A stretch of 64,000 bases of DNA from contig JBBRLI010000001.1 in NCBI GenBank assembly GCA_038231455.1, positions 128,001 through 192,000 of the forward strand. The letters run 5' to 3'. This DNA comes from Vulcanimicrobiales bacterium (GTDB taxonomy: Bacteria > Vulcanimicrobiota > Vulcanimicrobiia > Vulcanimicrobiales > Vulcanimicrobiaceae). A model generated the notes under the pieces. It searched no databases. It saw only the letters and a program-made list of their open reading frames with translations, and was not told where the DNA came from. The translations under genes and the position numbers were made by a program. The stretch's first letter is position 1. Every line of letters starts with the position of its first letter. This document shows positions 1 through 10,215 of this stretch, piece by piece.

Positions 1-1
1 G

Positions 2-301
2 ATGACCGTGGCGCACGAGTTCGGCCATGCACTGGACTGCGCGCTCGGCGGAGGCGTGTACCGAAGCAGCACGGACGCCGCAATTCGGAGCGCCTTCGCA
101 TCGGCAACGGCCTTTGTTACACCATATGCGGCTTCCGCGGTCGATGAGTATTTCGCTGAGGCCATGCGCGCCTGGGTCGGCGTCAACGACGTCCGATCGC
201 TTTGGCCGCGCGCGACACGCGAGCGGCTGCAGACACTCGACCCGCCGATCGCATCGATCGTCGGTACGCTCTTTGCCGTTGAACTCGCCGCCGACCGGTA
301 G
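2..301 (+). CDS. 3' part of a HEXXH zinc metallopeptidase-like protein (anthrax-LF/MtfA-like), truncated by the window edge
   Basis: HEFGHALD followed by YA...DEYFAEA, the typical zincin layout with a downstream Glu ligand. Confidence 0.65.
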   Translation: MTVAHEFGHALDCALGGGVYRSSTDAAIRSAFASATAFVTPYAASAVDEYFAEAMRAWVGVNDVRSLWPRATRERLQTLDPPIASIVGTLFAVELAADR

Positions 302-334
302 GGAACGCGAAAGACGACGACAAGACTACTCCTC

Positions 335-1249
335 ATGGCATCAACGCTTTCACGCCGCGCTTTCGTAGCCGGCCTCTCGCTTCTCGCTGCGGCGTCGGTC
401 ACCGGGGCGCGCGCCGCTGATGGTACGGGCGATATCAAAGTTCGCTGGTACGGCGGGGGCGTCGTCGAGCTCGCGACGCCCGATGATTCGACGATCGTGC
501 TAGTCGATGCGTGGATTTGGAACAACACGGGCTTCGCGCGTTTCAAGCTGACCAAGCCCGCCGAACTCGCGAGCCCCGCCGCTTACATTGCGGCGATGAA
601 GGCGCGCAAACCGAAATCCATTATCGTCGCGGTCACGCATGACCATGGCGATCACTTCGGCGACTACTTCGAACTGATGAAGGCACTCGTCGATGCGGGC
701 TTCGACGTGAAGTCGGTCGGCCAAAGCGACTTCATGCGCGCGGGGATTAAAGACAAGTTCACCGCGAACGGCATGGACGAGACGAAGATCGTTCTCAATG
801 GCGGCAATGCGATCAATTTTGGCGGCGTCGCAACTTATGGGGGCGCGACATTCCGCGCGGTGCCGGCCGTTCACTCGAACGGCTCGGCGTTTCCGCCGAT
901 CGGTTTCATCATCGATCTCAACGGCGTGCGCGTCTATGCTTCGGGCGACACCGATCTCTACGGCGATATGGCGCTCATCGGCAAACGCTACGCACCGGAT
1001 CTTGCAATCGTCTGCGCGGGCGGCGGTCCCTTTACGATGGGACCGGAAGACGCCGCGACGGCTGTTGCGATGTCGGGCGCAATGCAAGCGATCCCCGTGC
1101 ACTACGCGCATAATCCGCTCATTCACGGGCCCGAAGCGGCTGACGAATTCCGTGTCGCACTCGCAAAGGTCGCGCCGAGCGCCAAGGCCATTGCGCTCAA
1201 ACCCGGCGAGACGGCGAACGTTCACGTCACGCCGCGAACCCGCGGCTAG
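335..1249 (+). CDS. Tat-exported metallo-beta-lactamase-fold hydrolase (UPF0173-like)
   Basis: SRRAFV twin-arginine leader; THDHGDH, AVHS, SGDT and PVHY motifs. Confidence 0.85.
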   Translation: MASTLSRRAFVAGLSLLAAASVTGARAADGTGDIKVRWYGGGVVELATPDDSTIVLVDAWIWNNTGFARFKLTKPAELASPAAYIAAMKARKPKSIIVAVTHDHGDHFGDYFELMKALVDAGFDVKSVGQSDFMRAGIKDKFTANGMDETKIVLNGGNAINFGGVATYGGATFRAVPAVHSNGSAFPPIGFIIDLNGVRVYASGDTDLYGDMALIGKRYAPDLAIVCAGGGPFTMGPEDAATAVAMSGAMQAIPVHYAHNPLIHGPEAADEFRVALAKVAPSAKAIALKPGETANVHVTPRTRG

Positions 1250-1252
1250 GCC

Positions 1253-1705
1253 TTAGCTGGCTGCCACGTTCATCGCGGCAAGAATCTCGGTTGTCGGTGG
1301 CATCCCGCGCTTGTAGTACGCAATGCGTCCCTGCGTATCGATGCCGACGACGGTTCGATTCGTGATCTTGATCGGCCCAAGTTTGATCAGGGACCCATAG
1401 GCATCGGATGCCACGAAACCGCGGTCGACGAGCAGGGGCGTTGTCAGGCCGTGCTTCGCGACGAACTTCTTGTGCGAGTCGGCGCTCGCGCTGTTCACGC
1501 CGAACACCGCGATTCCGGCGGCCGTATACTGCGGCGCATCGTCACGCGCGATGCACAACTGCTTGGTACAGCCCGGCGTCATGTCGCCCGGATAGAAGAT
1601 GAGCACGACCGGCTGTTTCCCACGAAAGTCGCCGAGGGCGACGCGCATTCCGTCTTGGGATTCCAGGGCAAAATCCGGCGCGGCGGAGCCAATCGTAAGC
1701 CTCAT
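1253..1705 (-). CDS. bcp: Peroxiredoxin, BCP/PrxQ family
   Basis: APDF...FYPGDMTPGCTKQLC (PxxxTxxC plus resolving Cys). Confidence 0.9.
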   Translation of the reverse strand: MRLTIGSAAPDFALESQDGMRVALGDFRGKQPVVLIFYPGDMTPGCTKQLCIARDDAPQYTAAGIAVFGVNSASADSHKKFVAKHGLTTPLLVDRGFVASDAYGSLIKLGPIKITNRTVVGIDTQGRIAYYKRGMPPTTEILAAMNVAAS

Positions 1706-1733
1706 ACCCTTCGCTTCGACGCCGCCGAACGAA

Positions 1734-3830
1734 TTACGCGCTTGCGGCGAGCACCCTCATGCCATTCCCGTTTGCCGAAAAGATTGCGGGCTGCTCGAGC
1801 TGGGTGGGGACCTCGGGCGCAGCGGCCGTTGTCTCGAACACCGAAACCAGATCCGTTAGGCTTGCCGCTTGCGCGCTGAGCTGGTGCGCGGTTGCGTCCA
1901 TCTCTTGCACCTGAGCAGCCAGCTCCGCGGTGGATGCCGACACGTCGTCGGCAGCACGTGCCTGACGTTCGGAGAGTTCGGCGATCGGGACGATCATCGT
2001 CATCACCGAATGCGAGGTGCCCTGCATCTGGCGAGCTGCCGTTGCGTTCTCTTCGACGATCGCCGAGACACTCGACATATCGCGATTGAGCGTGGAGCTG
2101 GCGTTCTGCATGACGACCGAACGTGCTGCCACGTCTTCTGCGACAACCGTTGTCTGCGCGATCGCATCGCCGACGTTCGCAAGCGCGGTCGTTGCACGAT
2201 TAGCGAGTTGGAGTCCATCTTCCATCACGCCGGTCGATCCGCGCATCGCATCGGCTGCCGCAGCGGTTTCTTTCTGAATCGCCGAGAGGATGCCGGAGAT
2301 CTCGCGCGTCGATTGACTCGACCGTTCGGCGAGCTTACGCACTTCATCGGCGACGACCGCGAAACCGCGGCCGTGCTCGCCGGCGCGCGCCGCCTCGATC
2401 GCTGCGTTGAGCGCAAGCAGATTGGTTTGATCGGCAATATCTTCGATCGCGCCGACGATCTCTCCGACGGCAGCCGAGCGCTGTTCGAGCACCGACATCG
2501 CGGCGGTCACGTTGGTCGTCGCTTCGCGCAGACGCGCCATCGCATCGGCGGTTTGGCGCACGGCCTCCGAGCCCGCGCCGGCCTCGGAAGTTGCATGGCG
2601 TGCCCGCTCCGCAAGCGACGTGCCGTGCTCGGCGAGCGAGGCGATTTCCCCATCGAGTCGGTCGACCGCTGAGACCGCCGACTGAACGGACTGCATTTGA
2701 TCGGCCGCACCTTGCGCGATCTGCTGTGCGACCCGTGAGAGTTCTTCGACCGCCGTTGTCGCATCACCAACTTGACGCGCTTGTTCGCGCGCGCCGTCGG
2801 CGACGCCCGAGACCGCATGCGAGATGTGTTCGACCGCCGCGCGCGCTTCGCCGGATGAATTCGAGACGTGGCTGCTAGCGCTGGTGAGTTCTTTTGAGGT
2901 ATTGGCAACGCCGTAGATTAGGCGGCCAAGCTGTCCCGTCGTACCGCTGAATTCCGTTGAGATCGACTGCAGACCGTGCGTGAGTTCGTTGTAACTGCGC
3001 GCGAGGTCGCCGATCTCGTCGGCCGCCATCGCCGGCATCGGTTCGCTCTGCGTCGTAAACGACGCCGTGAGCCGTCCGGCGGCAAGATCGGCAAAGGCCC
3101 GCGAGAGCGAGCCGAAATCTTCATTCACTACGCGTCCAAGCGCCGCGGTGACCGCACGCAGGCGGCTCGAGATCGAACGGGCGATCAGGAAGCCGACGAC
3201 GATGGTAACGACGAGTGCGATGCCGATAAAAATAGCGATCGCAAAACGCGCCATGTCGGCGGCGTGTGAAAACGCACTCGCAGCATCGCTCGCAGAAGAT
3301 TCGAGCGTCTTACTCATCTCTTCGAGCGCCGTATCGAGGTGTGCTGCGTCTTTTGAATTATCGGCAAGCAACTTCTTGGTGATCGATGCGCGTCCGTTCG
3401 CCAGTCCGCGGTAGCCGTCGACGACGGCTGTGTCGTCTGTATTGACTTCTCCGACGATTTCGATATTGCGATTGTTGATATTTCCGGCGAGTGTCGTCGC
3501 GGTCGTGACCGTCTCGGGCAAGCCTTTGATCCCCGCCCCGTGTTCTTTGAGATAGATCAAATCATCGGCCGAATCGGTTCGCGCCGACGCCATGACTTTC
3601 AGATGGTTGGGCTTCTGGGTGAGCACGTAACCGCGCGTGCCGAAGCGATCCAGGTACGCTTGTAAGCGGAGGTCGTTCAAGCGATATTTCAAGTCCGAGA
3701 CCGAACTCAAGACGGTTTTCGCTTGGAACATCGTCGCGATCTGCGAAATCGCGATCACACCCACGATGATGAGCAAGAGCACCGGTACCGCGAAGGCCAG
3801 GGTCAGTTGGCCGCCGATTTTTAAGCGCAT
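1734..3830 (-). CDS. Methyl-accepting chemotaxis protein
   Basis: Two TM helices flanking a periplasmic domain, HAMP (DEIGDLA), signalling hairpin [40 protein letters not shown]. Confidence 0.95.
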   Translation of the reverse strand: MRLKIGGQLTLAFAVPVLLLIIVGVIAISQIATMFQAKTVLSSVSDLKYRLNDLRLQAYLDRFGTRGYVLTQKPNHLKVMASARTDSADDLIYLKEHGAGIKGLPETVTTATTLAGNINNRNIEIVGEVNTDDTAVVDGYRGLANGRASITKKLLADNSKDAAHLDTALEEMSKTLESSASDAASAFSHAADMARFAIAIFIGIALVVTIVVGFLIARSISSRLRAVTAALGRVVNEDFGSLSRAFADLAAGRLTASFTTQSEPMPAMAADEIGDLARSYNELTHGLQSISTEFSGTTGQLGRLIYGVANTSKELTSASSHVSNSSGEARAAVEHISHAVSGVADGAREQARQVGDATTAVEELSRVAQQIAQGAADQMQSVQSAVSAVDRLDGEIASLAEHGTSLAERARHATSEAGAGSEAVRQTADAMARLREATTNVTAAMSVLEQRSAAVGEIVGAIEDIADQTNLLALNAAIEAARAGEHGRGFAVVADEVRKLAERSSQSTREISGILSAIQKETAAAADAMRGSTGVMEDGLQLANRATTALANVGDAIAQTTVVAEDVAARSVVMQNASSTLNRDMSSVSAIVEENATAARQMQGTSHSVMTMIVPIAELSERQARAADDVSASTAELAAQVQEMDATAHQLSAQAASLTDLVSVFETTAAAPEVPTQLEQPAIFSANGNGMRVLAASA

Positions 3831-3836
3831 GCCTTA

Positions 3837-3863
3837 TCATCGGCAGTTCCTAAGGTGGATGTA
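3837..3863 (-). promoter_or_regulatory. Putative sigma28 (FliA/SigD) promoter of the MCP gene
   Basis: Minus strand TACA-N15-GCCGATGA versus consensus TAAA-N15-GCCGATAA; ends 6 nt before the MCP ATG. Confidence 0.6.
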
Positions 3864-3875
3864 GCGCCCGGTTTG

Positions 3876-4757
3876 TTACAGGGCGGTTACCGTGACCAGG
3901 TTGACGTCGTCGCGCGCGGCGGAAGCGGCGAACTTCACCAGCTCCCTGTAGGTCCGAGGTTTTGCACGCAGGATGACCAGCGCGACGCCGGTTCGACGCG
4001 AGATCCCGACGGCCGTACGCAACATGAAAGCGGTGTAGGCGGGTTCTTCACGGCTATCGGCGGTTACGTCGCGGGTGATTGCGGCCACGTGGCCGGCCTT
4101 CGCGCTGCGATAAAAGACGGCAGCGGGTTCACCGAGCGTATCGACGGCCAGACCTTTGTGCGACGCCAGATACCTTGCGAGGGCGCGCGACCCGTTCTCC
4201 TCGGCCGTCGTGCCGATGAAGCCCTGCGCGCCCCAGCGGTGATAGCGTTCCTCGAGCATGGCTCGAGTAACATGGTCGCCCGGGTCAGTCGCATCGAATG
4301 GGACGAGAATTGCTTTGCCGTTCGCCCGTGCGCGATCGACGAGGTCGCTCGACGAATCGCTCTTGGCATCGCACGCAACGGTAAGCGGAATCGCCGAGTC
4401 GATGAATGGCATCTCGACCGCCGGTTCGTGTCCGCAATCCACCAGAACGAGCGCGAGCTTCGAGGCCGCGTGGAGGCGCGGAGTAAAGGCCGGCGCCCAA
4501 CCGCTGGGACGCGCCGCAACGATGTCACCCGGCGACTCTGCGGGATTGTCGTCGGCAAGGTCGAGCGAATGTGGGCCGCTGAGCACGCGCTCGAAGTGCG
4601 TCACGACGATTGCATCCGGTACCGGCATGCGCGTAATCGGGCCGCGGTTGCCCACGGATGCGCGCCCAATCGAACGACCGCCCAAAAATCCGCCGACAAC
4701 ACCGCCGACGGCAATCACCAACACGACAATCCAAAATGTATCGACGAGACGTTTCAC
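3876..4757 (-). CDS. Membrane-anchored divergent polysaccharide deacetylase-like protein (YibQ-like, degenerate)
   Basis: N-terminal TM; KLALVLVDCG...IPLTVA...ARANGKAILV...RDVTAD...KPRT pattern resembles the family. Confidence 0.55.
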   Translation of the reverse strand: MKRLVDTFWIVVLVIAVGGVVGGFLGGRSIGRASVGNRGPITRMPVPDAIVVTHFERVLSGPHSLDLADDNPAESPGDIVAARPSGWAPAFTPRLHAASKLALVLVDCGHEPAVEMPFIDSAIPLTVACDAKSDSSSDLVDRARANGKAILVPFDATDPGDHVTRAMLEERYHRWGAQGFIGTTAEENGSRALARYLASHKGLAVDTLGEPAAVFYRSAKAGHVAAITRDVTADSREEPAYTAFMLRTAVGISRRTGVALVILRAKPRTYRELVKFAASAARDDVNLVTVTAL

Positions 4758-6010
4758 CTCTGGGCGCGGCGTTCGCTCGAAATCGACCAGACGAGTGCGA
4801 TCAAGAGAAAGTTCGTGAGCAGCGAACTACCGCCGTACGAGAAGAACGGCAGTGTGATCCCGGTGAGTGGGAAGAGACGCAAGACACCGCCGATGATGAT
4901 GAGCACTTGGAAGCCGAGCGTTGAGGCAAGGCCGGTCGCCAGTAATTTCGTATAGAGATCGGGCTGCCGCATCGCGATCGTCAGCGCGCGGCTGACGATC
5001 ACCAAGAACGCGATACAAATGACGATCGCGCCGAGCGCGCCGAGTTCTTCGCTCCAGGCCGCATAACTATAGTCGGTTGCAACTTCCGGAATGAAACCGG
5101 GATGTCCGAGACGGTAGCCCGTCCCGAAGAGGCCGCCGGCACCAAGCGAAAAGAGCGCTTGCAGCGGCTGGTAACCCGCGCCTTGCGGATCGGCGAAGGG
5201 ATGCTGCCAGACATCGATGCGCGCGTGAATGTACCGGTAGTGCGTTGCAGCCCAATACGCAAATATTCCGAAGACAGCAAAACAGCCGACGATCAGATCG
5301 ATGCGGCGCGTGGCGACGTACAGCATGGCAGCAAACGTGCAGAGTAGGAGCGCCGCCATCCCGAGGTCACGCTGGAACACCAGGATCGCCATCGATGCGC
5401 CCCAGCCGATGAAAAGCGGCCCCAGATACTTTGCGTTGGCACGCAGCGACCAGGGTCGCGTGCGCGCGATGACGTCGGCAGTTTCCGCTAGATACGAAGC
5501 CATGAACAGCACGACGAGCAGCTTGATCACTTCGACCGGTTCGAACTGCAGCGTCCCAAAACGAATCCACAGTTTCGCGCCGTTGACTTCTTGACCGAAG
5601 ATCGCAAGCATCACAAAGAGTACGATCGTTCCGAGAATCCAAATATACTTGTACGGAGCGAGCACGCGATACCGATCGAATGCGGGACCCGCAATCACCG
5701 CCAGCACGAGCGAGATCGCAAGCCAGATTTCTTGCTTGTGCGCAAGATCCGGCGAGAGCCGCGCGATCGTAAAGAGGCCGAGCGAAGCGAGTACGACGGC
5801 GATCGCCGGGATCGTATTATCGCGATCGACGCCGGTCGGACGCACGAGCATCCATCCAAATGCAACGAGCGCGAGCAAAATTAGGAGCCAGGTCGGACCG
5901 AGGGAGTTTGGCGGAACGAGGGTAAACGCGCCGGCCGCAATTGCGAGCGCACCGAGCATCGGCACGCTCGCGCGAAGTCTACGGACCAAAGACGACGTGC
6001 GCGATCGCAA
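4754..6010 (-). CDS. rodA: SEDS family peptidoglycan glycosyltransferase (RodA/FtsW)
   Basis: Polytopic membrane protein; NGAKLWI, EPVEVIK, QRDLG, PEVATDY, EELG, PLTGITLPFFSYGGSS. Confidence 0.9.
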   Translation of the reverse strand: MRSRTSSLVRRLRASVPMLGALAIAAGAFTLVPPNSLGPTWLLILLALVAFGWMLVRPTGVDRDNTIPAIAVVLASLGLFTIARLSPDLAHKQEIWLAISLVLAVIAGPAFDRYRVLAPYKYIWILGTIVLFVMLAIFGQEVNGAKLWIRFGTLQFEPVEVIKLLVVLFMASYLAETADVIARTRPWSLRANAKYLGPLFIGWGASMAILVFQRDLGMAALLLCTFAAMLYVATRRIDLIVGCFAVFGIFAYWAATHYRYIHARIDVWQHPFADPQGAGYQPLQALFSLGAGGLFGTGYRLGHPGFIPEVATDYSYAAWSEELGALGAIVICIAFLVIVSRALTIAMRQPDLYTKLLATGLASTLGFQVLIIIGGVLRLFPLTGITLPFFSYGGSSLLTNFLLIALVWSISSERRAQR

Positions 6011-6833
6011 ACGCGATCAGTGCAGCTAGCATGACGAGCGCGAGCGCCAAGACAATATTGCGCGGAGAAAACGCCGCACCGGAACTGCCTGCCGCGAGGG
6101 GCACCTGTTCGGAGAGCTGACGACCGATGACGAGCGTCCCGCCTTCGCCGGCGCTGCGCATCTTACGCATGGTGAGCAAACGCGAGACGACATCGCTTGC
6201 GCTATCGTTCCCGCCGAGCGCGTAGGCAATTTCATCGCCGCTGATATGGCGGTGAACGCCATCGGTACACAGCACGAGCGAATCGCCCGCCATCAGGCGC
6301 ACGTGCAGAACGCTTGCCTCGAGCGTCGACTGCGTGCCGAGGGTGCGCGTGAGGAGCGATCCGTATTTCGCTTCCGTGGGCGTCGCGGTGCGCGTCGATG
6401 ACCAGCCGTCACCGGCAAGCGAATCGTCATCGGTGAGCAGCGAGAGGCCGCCGTCGCGCGCGAGATACGCGCGCGACTCACCGACATGGCCGACGATCGC
6501 ATGATCGCCCGTGACGAGCACGGCGGTGAGCGAGGTGCCGCCCGCGACGTAATCGTCGTGGCTGCCGGTTTGCGCGTAGACGCGTGCGTTTGCGGCAGAG
6601 AATGCAGCGCTGAGGGCGGCGCGCAAACTCGCGGGATCGGACCCCCGTACCCGTCGTTTGAGCGAATCGCGCAAGAGCTGGAGCGCAACGCTACCGATGC
6701 CGGTACCGCGCACGACGCCGAAGCCATCAGCGACGGCGAGTAAGGCAATCCCCGGCGCGATCACGTCCGAACAGTGCGCATCGGAACTCGTCCGTTGCCA
6801 CATTCCAGGTTGTGAACCAATCGCTATGTCCAT
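5979..6833 (-). CDS. PP2C/PstP-like Ser/Thr phosphatase with C-terminal TM; several catalytic motifs degenerate
   Basis: AVADG, GTSLT, HVGESRAY, LTRTLG, LCTDG; terminal DN motif absent. Confidence 0.8.
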   Translation of the reverse strand: MDIAIGSQPGMWQRTSSDAHCSDVIAPGIALLAVADGFGVVRGTGIGSVALQLLRDSLKRRVRGSDPASLRAALSAAFSAANARVYAQTGSHDDYVAGGTSLTAVLVTGDHAIVGHVGESRAYLARDGGLSLLTDDDSLAGDGWSSTRTATPTEAKYGSLLTRTLGTQSTLEASVLHVRLMAGDSLVLCTDGVHRHISGDEIAYALGGNDSASDVVSRLLTMRKMRSAGEGGTLVIGRQLSEQVPLAAGSSGAAFSPRNIVLALALVMLAALIAFAIAHVVFGP

Positions 6834-7237
6834 GCGCCCACCCCACGAAAGATCAGGGACGCCGGTCCGACCGTCACTTCATCGTCAACGTGGAGTTTCG
6901 CGTTCTCGACGCGTTCCCCGTTGAGCTGGGTGCCGTTCCGGCTTCCCAAGTCTTCGACATAAACGCCGTCATCCCGCATCTCCACCCGAGCATGCAAGCG
7001 GCTCACCCGGTCGTCTTCGATCGGCAGGTCGGCACCGGCGGCTCGGCCCACGAGCACCCGCCGACCGTAGCGGTACGTTTTGATCGTGCGCCCGTCATCG
7101 ACGGTCAGTTCGATCCCCGTCGGAATGTCGACATCCAGCGCTTCCTGGGGCGGCTCGCCACGATTCGGCCGCACCAGCGTCACGAATCCCAGCACCGCCA
7201 TCGCGAGCCCAAACGAGGCCAATCGCAGGTCAACCAC
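6824..7237 (-). CDS. Membrane-anchored FHA domain protein (FhaB-like)
   Basis: N-terminal hydrophobic helix; VGR...VSRLHA...EDLGSRNGT. Confidence 0.9.
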   Translation of the reverse strand: MVDLRLASFGLAMAVLGFVTLVRPNRGEPPQEALDVDIPTGIELTVDDGRTIKTYRYGRRVLVGRAAGADLPIEDDRVSRLHARVEMRDDGVYVEDLGSRNGTQLNGERVENAKLHVDDEVTVGPASLIFRGVGAWT

Positions 7238-7832
7238 GGGTCACCTCGACCCGCAGGGCGACATCGCCCACACCGATCTCATCGCCCGAGGCGAGTGTGC
7301 GTCGACCCACACGTTCGCCATTGACGAACGTTCCGTTGGTCGACCCCGTGTCTTCGATCGCAAGGCCGCCGCGCTCCATGACGATCTTCGCATGAAAACG
7401 CGAAACGCGTACGTTCGGAACGACGATTCCGCATTCATCGGAACGTCCGATCGTCATCCCATCGACGAGCACCACGCCGTCGACGGAGAGCTTGGTCGGC
7501 GTCTCATCGACGAGCGCTTCGATTGCAACCGATCCCGCGACGATGCGCACGTCTTCGGCAAGGATCGCGCGCGGTTTCTCAGCGCCGTGCGACGTCATCG
7601 CATCGGCAAGGAGAGCGCTCCAGCGTTTTTCGAGAAACGCGCGGTCGCCCGCGAACCGTTCGTAGTCGAGCGGATTGACTCGCACGACAAACGTGTCGCT
7701 CGGCGTACTCTGCATCGTAGCGACGAGTTTACGTCCGACTTGCGCGGGTTCGAGTGCCGATGGGAACACACGGGCGAACGCGGCTTCGACGAAGCGCGCA
7801 CACGTCAATTCGACCCGCGCGAAGACATTCAC
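7230..7832 (-). CDS. FhaA-like protein (DUF3662-like N-terminus plus FHA)
   Basis: FARVFPSALEPAQVGRKL N-terminus; IGR...VSRFHA...EDTGSTNGT. Confidence 0.85.
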   Translation of the reverse strand: MNVFARVELTCARFVEAAFARVFPSALEPAQVGRKLVATMQSTPSDTFVVRVNPLDYERFAGDRAFLEKRWSALLADAMTSHGAEKPRAILAEDVRIVAGSVAIEALVDETPTKLSVDGVVLVDGMTIGRSDECGIVVPNVRVSRFHAKIVMERGGLAIEDTGSTNGTFVNGERVGRRTLASGDEIGVGDVALRVEVTRG

Positions 7833-9277
7833 GTCCGCGTGAGCGTTGCGATGTAAAACCCATCGCGACCGTCGATCCCCGGCGGCACGAGCACGTCGCC
7901 TGCGGGAGTCAAGAAATCGGCGTAGCGCTCGGGCGCCGCCGCGCGCGTGAATTGCGCGTTCGCACCCAGAAAGCCGTCGACGACGCCGTCCCCTTCGCGT
8001 GCATCCGACGAGCAGACCGCGTACACGAGCGTGCCCCGAGCGCGCAGACGCTTCGCCCCCGCTTCGAGAATCGCGCGCTGGAGCGGCGCAAGACGCGCGC
8101 CGTCATCGGATGCTTTGCGCCAGCGCGCTTCGGGCTGCCGGCCCAGAATGCCAAGGCCGGAGCACGGCGCGTCGACGAGCACGCGGTCCATGTCGTCGGC
8201 ACCGCGTGGAATCGTGGCGTCGGCGCATTCGAGCGTGACCGAAGCGAAGCCATGCTCCGCAAGGCGTTTGCGATCGAGCTCGACTTTGCGCTCGTCGTTG
8301 TCGATTGCTTCGAGCGTGCCGGTATCGCCGGTGCGTCCGACGATTTGGAGCGTCTTGTTGCCGCGACCGCTGCACAATTCGAGAATGCGTTCGTTTGGCT
8401 GCGGATCGAGCAAGTCGACCGGCATGCAGGCGCTCTCGGCTTGCAAATTCCAGCGTCCGTTCGCGCGTTCGGCCAAGCGCGAACTCGCGTGCCCGTCGGC
8501 GATGACGATTGCATCGCGCACGAGCGGCGATGCATGCGCGATGATGCCATCGGCGGCAAGTTCGATCACGATTGCAGCCCGATCGAGTTTGGGATCGATG
8601 CGCAGACCGGCGGGCGCGGGGGCGTTGATCCCCGCGAGGATCGCTTCAAGTCGTTCGCTGCCAAAACGTGCACGCCAGTGCGCGACGATCCAATTCGGCA
8701 GTGAGTAACGCGTGCCCAAATAGTCGTCGTCCGTCTCGAACGAGCCGCGATGCACGGGGACCGGCACGGCTTCCGCGACGCGCCGCAAAACGGCATTCGT
8801 CAATCCCGCGGTGCCTTTGTGGCCGTAGCGTTTTGCCAAGCCCACGGATTCCGAGACGGCGGCATACACTTCGACGCCGTTCATCAGATCGAGTTGATAG
8901 GCTCCGAGGCGCAAAACCTCGACGATCGTCGGCGGCATCGATTTGATGCGCTCGCCAATGAACGGTTCGAGAATGAAATCGAGTCGGCGGCGCATTTTGA
9001 TCGAACCATACGCCAGTTCCGTTGCAAACGCCCGGTCGCGCGGGTCGAGTTCGGCCGTGCGGCTGCGATAGTCGAGCGCATCGTGCGCGCCGCGCGGATG
9101 CTCGCCAAAGACATCACGCACGACGTTCAGGGCGACCTCACGCGAGGAGACCTTCCGATCGGCGGTGCGCTCTTTAAACGCCGGGGTGTTGGCTTTGGCA
9201 ACGAACGCGGGTTTCGGACCGGCGGCGAATGCGGGTTTACGGCGGCCTTTGAATGCCGGTTTGCTATTGGTTTTCAT
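7829..9277 (-). CDS. rsmB: 16S rRNA m5C967 methyltransferase RsmB/Sun
   Basis: NusB-like N-domain (DRAFATELAYG, NAVLRR), DRVLVDAPCSG, YAVCS, DGFYIA; follows def-fmt. Confidence 0.92.
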   Translation of the reverse strand: MKTNSKPAFKGRRKPAFAAGPKPAFVAKANTPAFKERTADRKVSSREVALNVVRDVFGEHPRGAHDALDYRSRTAELDPRDRAFATELAYGSIKMRRRLDFILEPFIGERIKSMPPTIVEVLRLGAYQLDLMNGVEVYAAVSESVGLAKRYGHKGTAGLTNAVLRRVAEAVPVPVHRGSFETDDDYLGTRYSLPNWIVAHWRARFGSERLEAILAGINAPAPAGLRIDPKLDRAAIVIELAADGIIAHASPLVRDAIVIADGHASSRLAERANGRWNLQAESACMPVDLLDPQPNERILELCSGRGNKTLQIVGRTGDTGTLEAIDNDERKVELDRKRLAEHGFASVTLECADATIPRGADDMDRVLVDAPCSGLGILGRQPEARWRKASDDGARLAPLQRAILEAGAKRLRARGTLVYAVCSSDAREGDGVVDGFLGANAQFTRAAAPERYADFLTPAGDVLVPPGIDGRDGFYIATLTRT

Positions 9278-10215
9278 GACTTGTGTGCCGCGAGAAACGA
9301 GCGCGCAAAATCGCGACCACTCATCTCACTCCGATTCGGCGGGACGATCCGATCGATCGCAACCGCTCCATCGCCCGTGCGCACCAGCGCATCGGATCCG
9401 GCAAAAAAGAGTGTTCCCGGAAGCGCAGCGCGTTCCGCATCGGGGCACGGCGCGGCATGCACGGCGATAAATTTTGCAATCGTTTCGGGGTCGAGCGCAC
9501 CGCGTGCACCGGGCCTCGGCGCAAGCGAACGCACGAGATCGACGATGCGCTTGGTATCGGCCGACCAGTCGATGAGCGTCTCGTTCTTGGCAATCGGGCG
9601 CGTCAGCGTTGCGGCAATTTCGGCCTCGGCAATTCCCATCGCGCTCTGCTGCGAGCGCACGAGCGTTCCACTTTCGAGTCGGTCGATTGCCTCAACGAGC
9701 AAATCCGCGCCGCGTTTCGCCAGTCGGTCGTGAAGCGAGCCGTACGTCTCACGAGCATCAAGCAGCGTGCGCTCTTGAACGAGAATATCGCCCGTATCCA
9801 TACCAGCGTCCATGACGATGATCGTCGTACCGGTTTCGGTTCGGCCGTCACGGATCGCCGATTGGAGCGGCGTCGCGCCGCGATAGAGCGGCAACAGGCT
9901 CGGGTGCACGTTGAATGCACCGAGCGGCGCAAGATCGAGCACGGCCTGTGGCAAGATCTTGCCGTAGGACGCAACCACGAAAAGCTCGGCGTCGAACGCC
10001 GCGATTTCGTTGATCGCCGGACGCAACTTCTCGGGAGTGAGCGCCGGGACGCCAAGCGTTTCTGCCGCTTCGCGGACCGGAGTGGGCGCGAGCTTCTGGC
10101 CGCGCTTGGCCGGACGATCGGGCTGGGTGACGACGGCGACGAGTTCGGTGCGAACGTCGAGTGCATGCAAGATCGGAACGGCAAACTCGCTCGTTCCGAA
10201 GAGAACCGTTCTCAG
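9274..10215 (-). CDS. fmt: Methionyl-tRNA formyltransferase (probable CTG start)
   Basis: VVTQPDRP, NVHPSLLPLYRGATP, MDAGMDTGDI; the conserved N-terminus (L)RTVLFGTSEFAVP begins at CTG 10215. Confidence 0.93.
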   Translation of the reverse strand: MRTVLFGTSEFAVPILHALDVRTELVAVVTQPDRPAKRGQKLAPTPVREAAETLGVPALTPEKLRPAINEIAAFDAELFVVASYGKILPQAVLDLAPLGAFNVHPSLLPLYRGATPLQSAIRDGRTETGTTIIVMDAGMDTGDILVQERTLLDARETYGSLHDRLAKRGADLLVEAIDRLESGTLVRSQQSAMGIAEAEIAATLTRPIAKNETLIDWSADTKRIVDLVRSLAPRPGARGALDPETIAKFIAVHAAPCPDAERAALPGTLFFAGSDALVRTGDGAVAIDRIVPPNRSEMSGRDFARSFLAAHKS

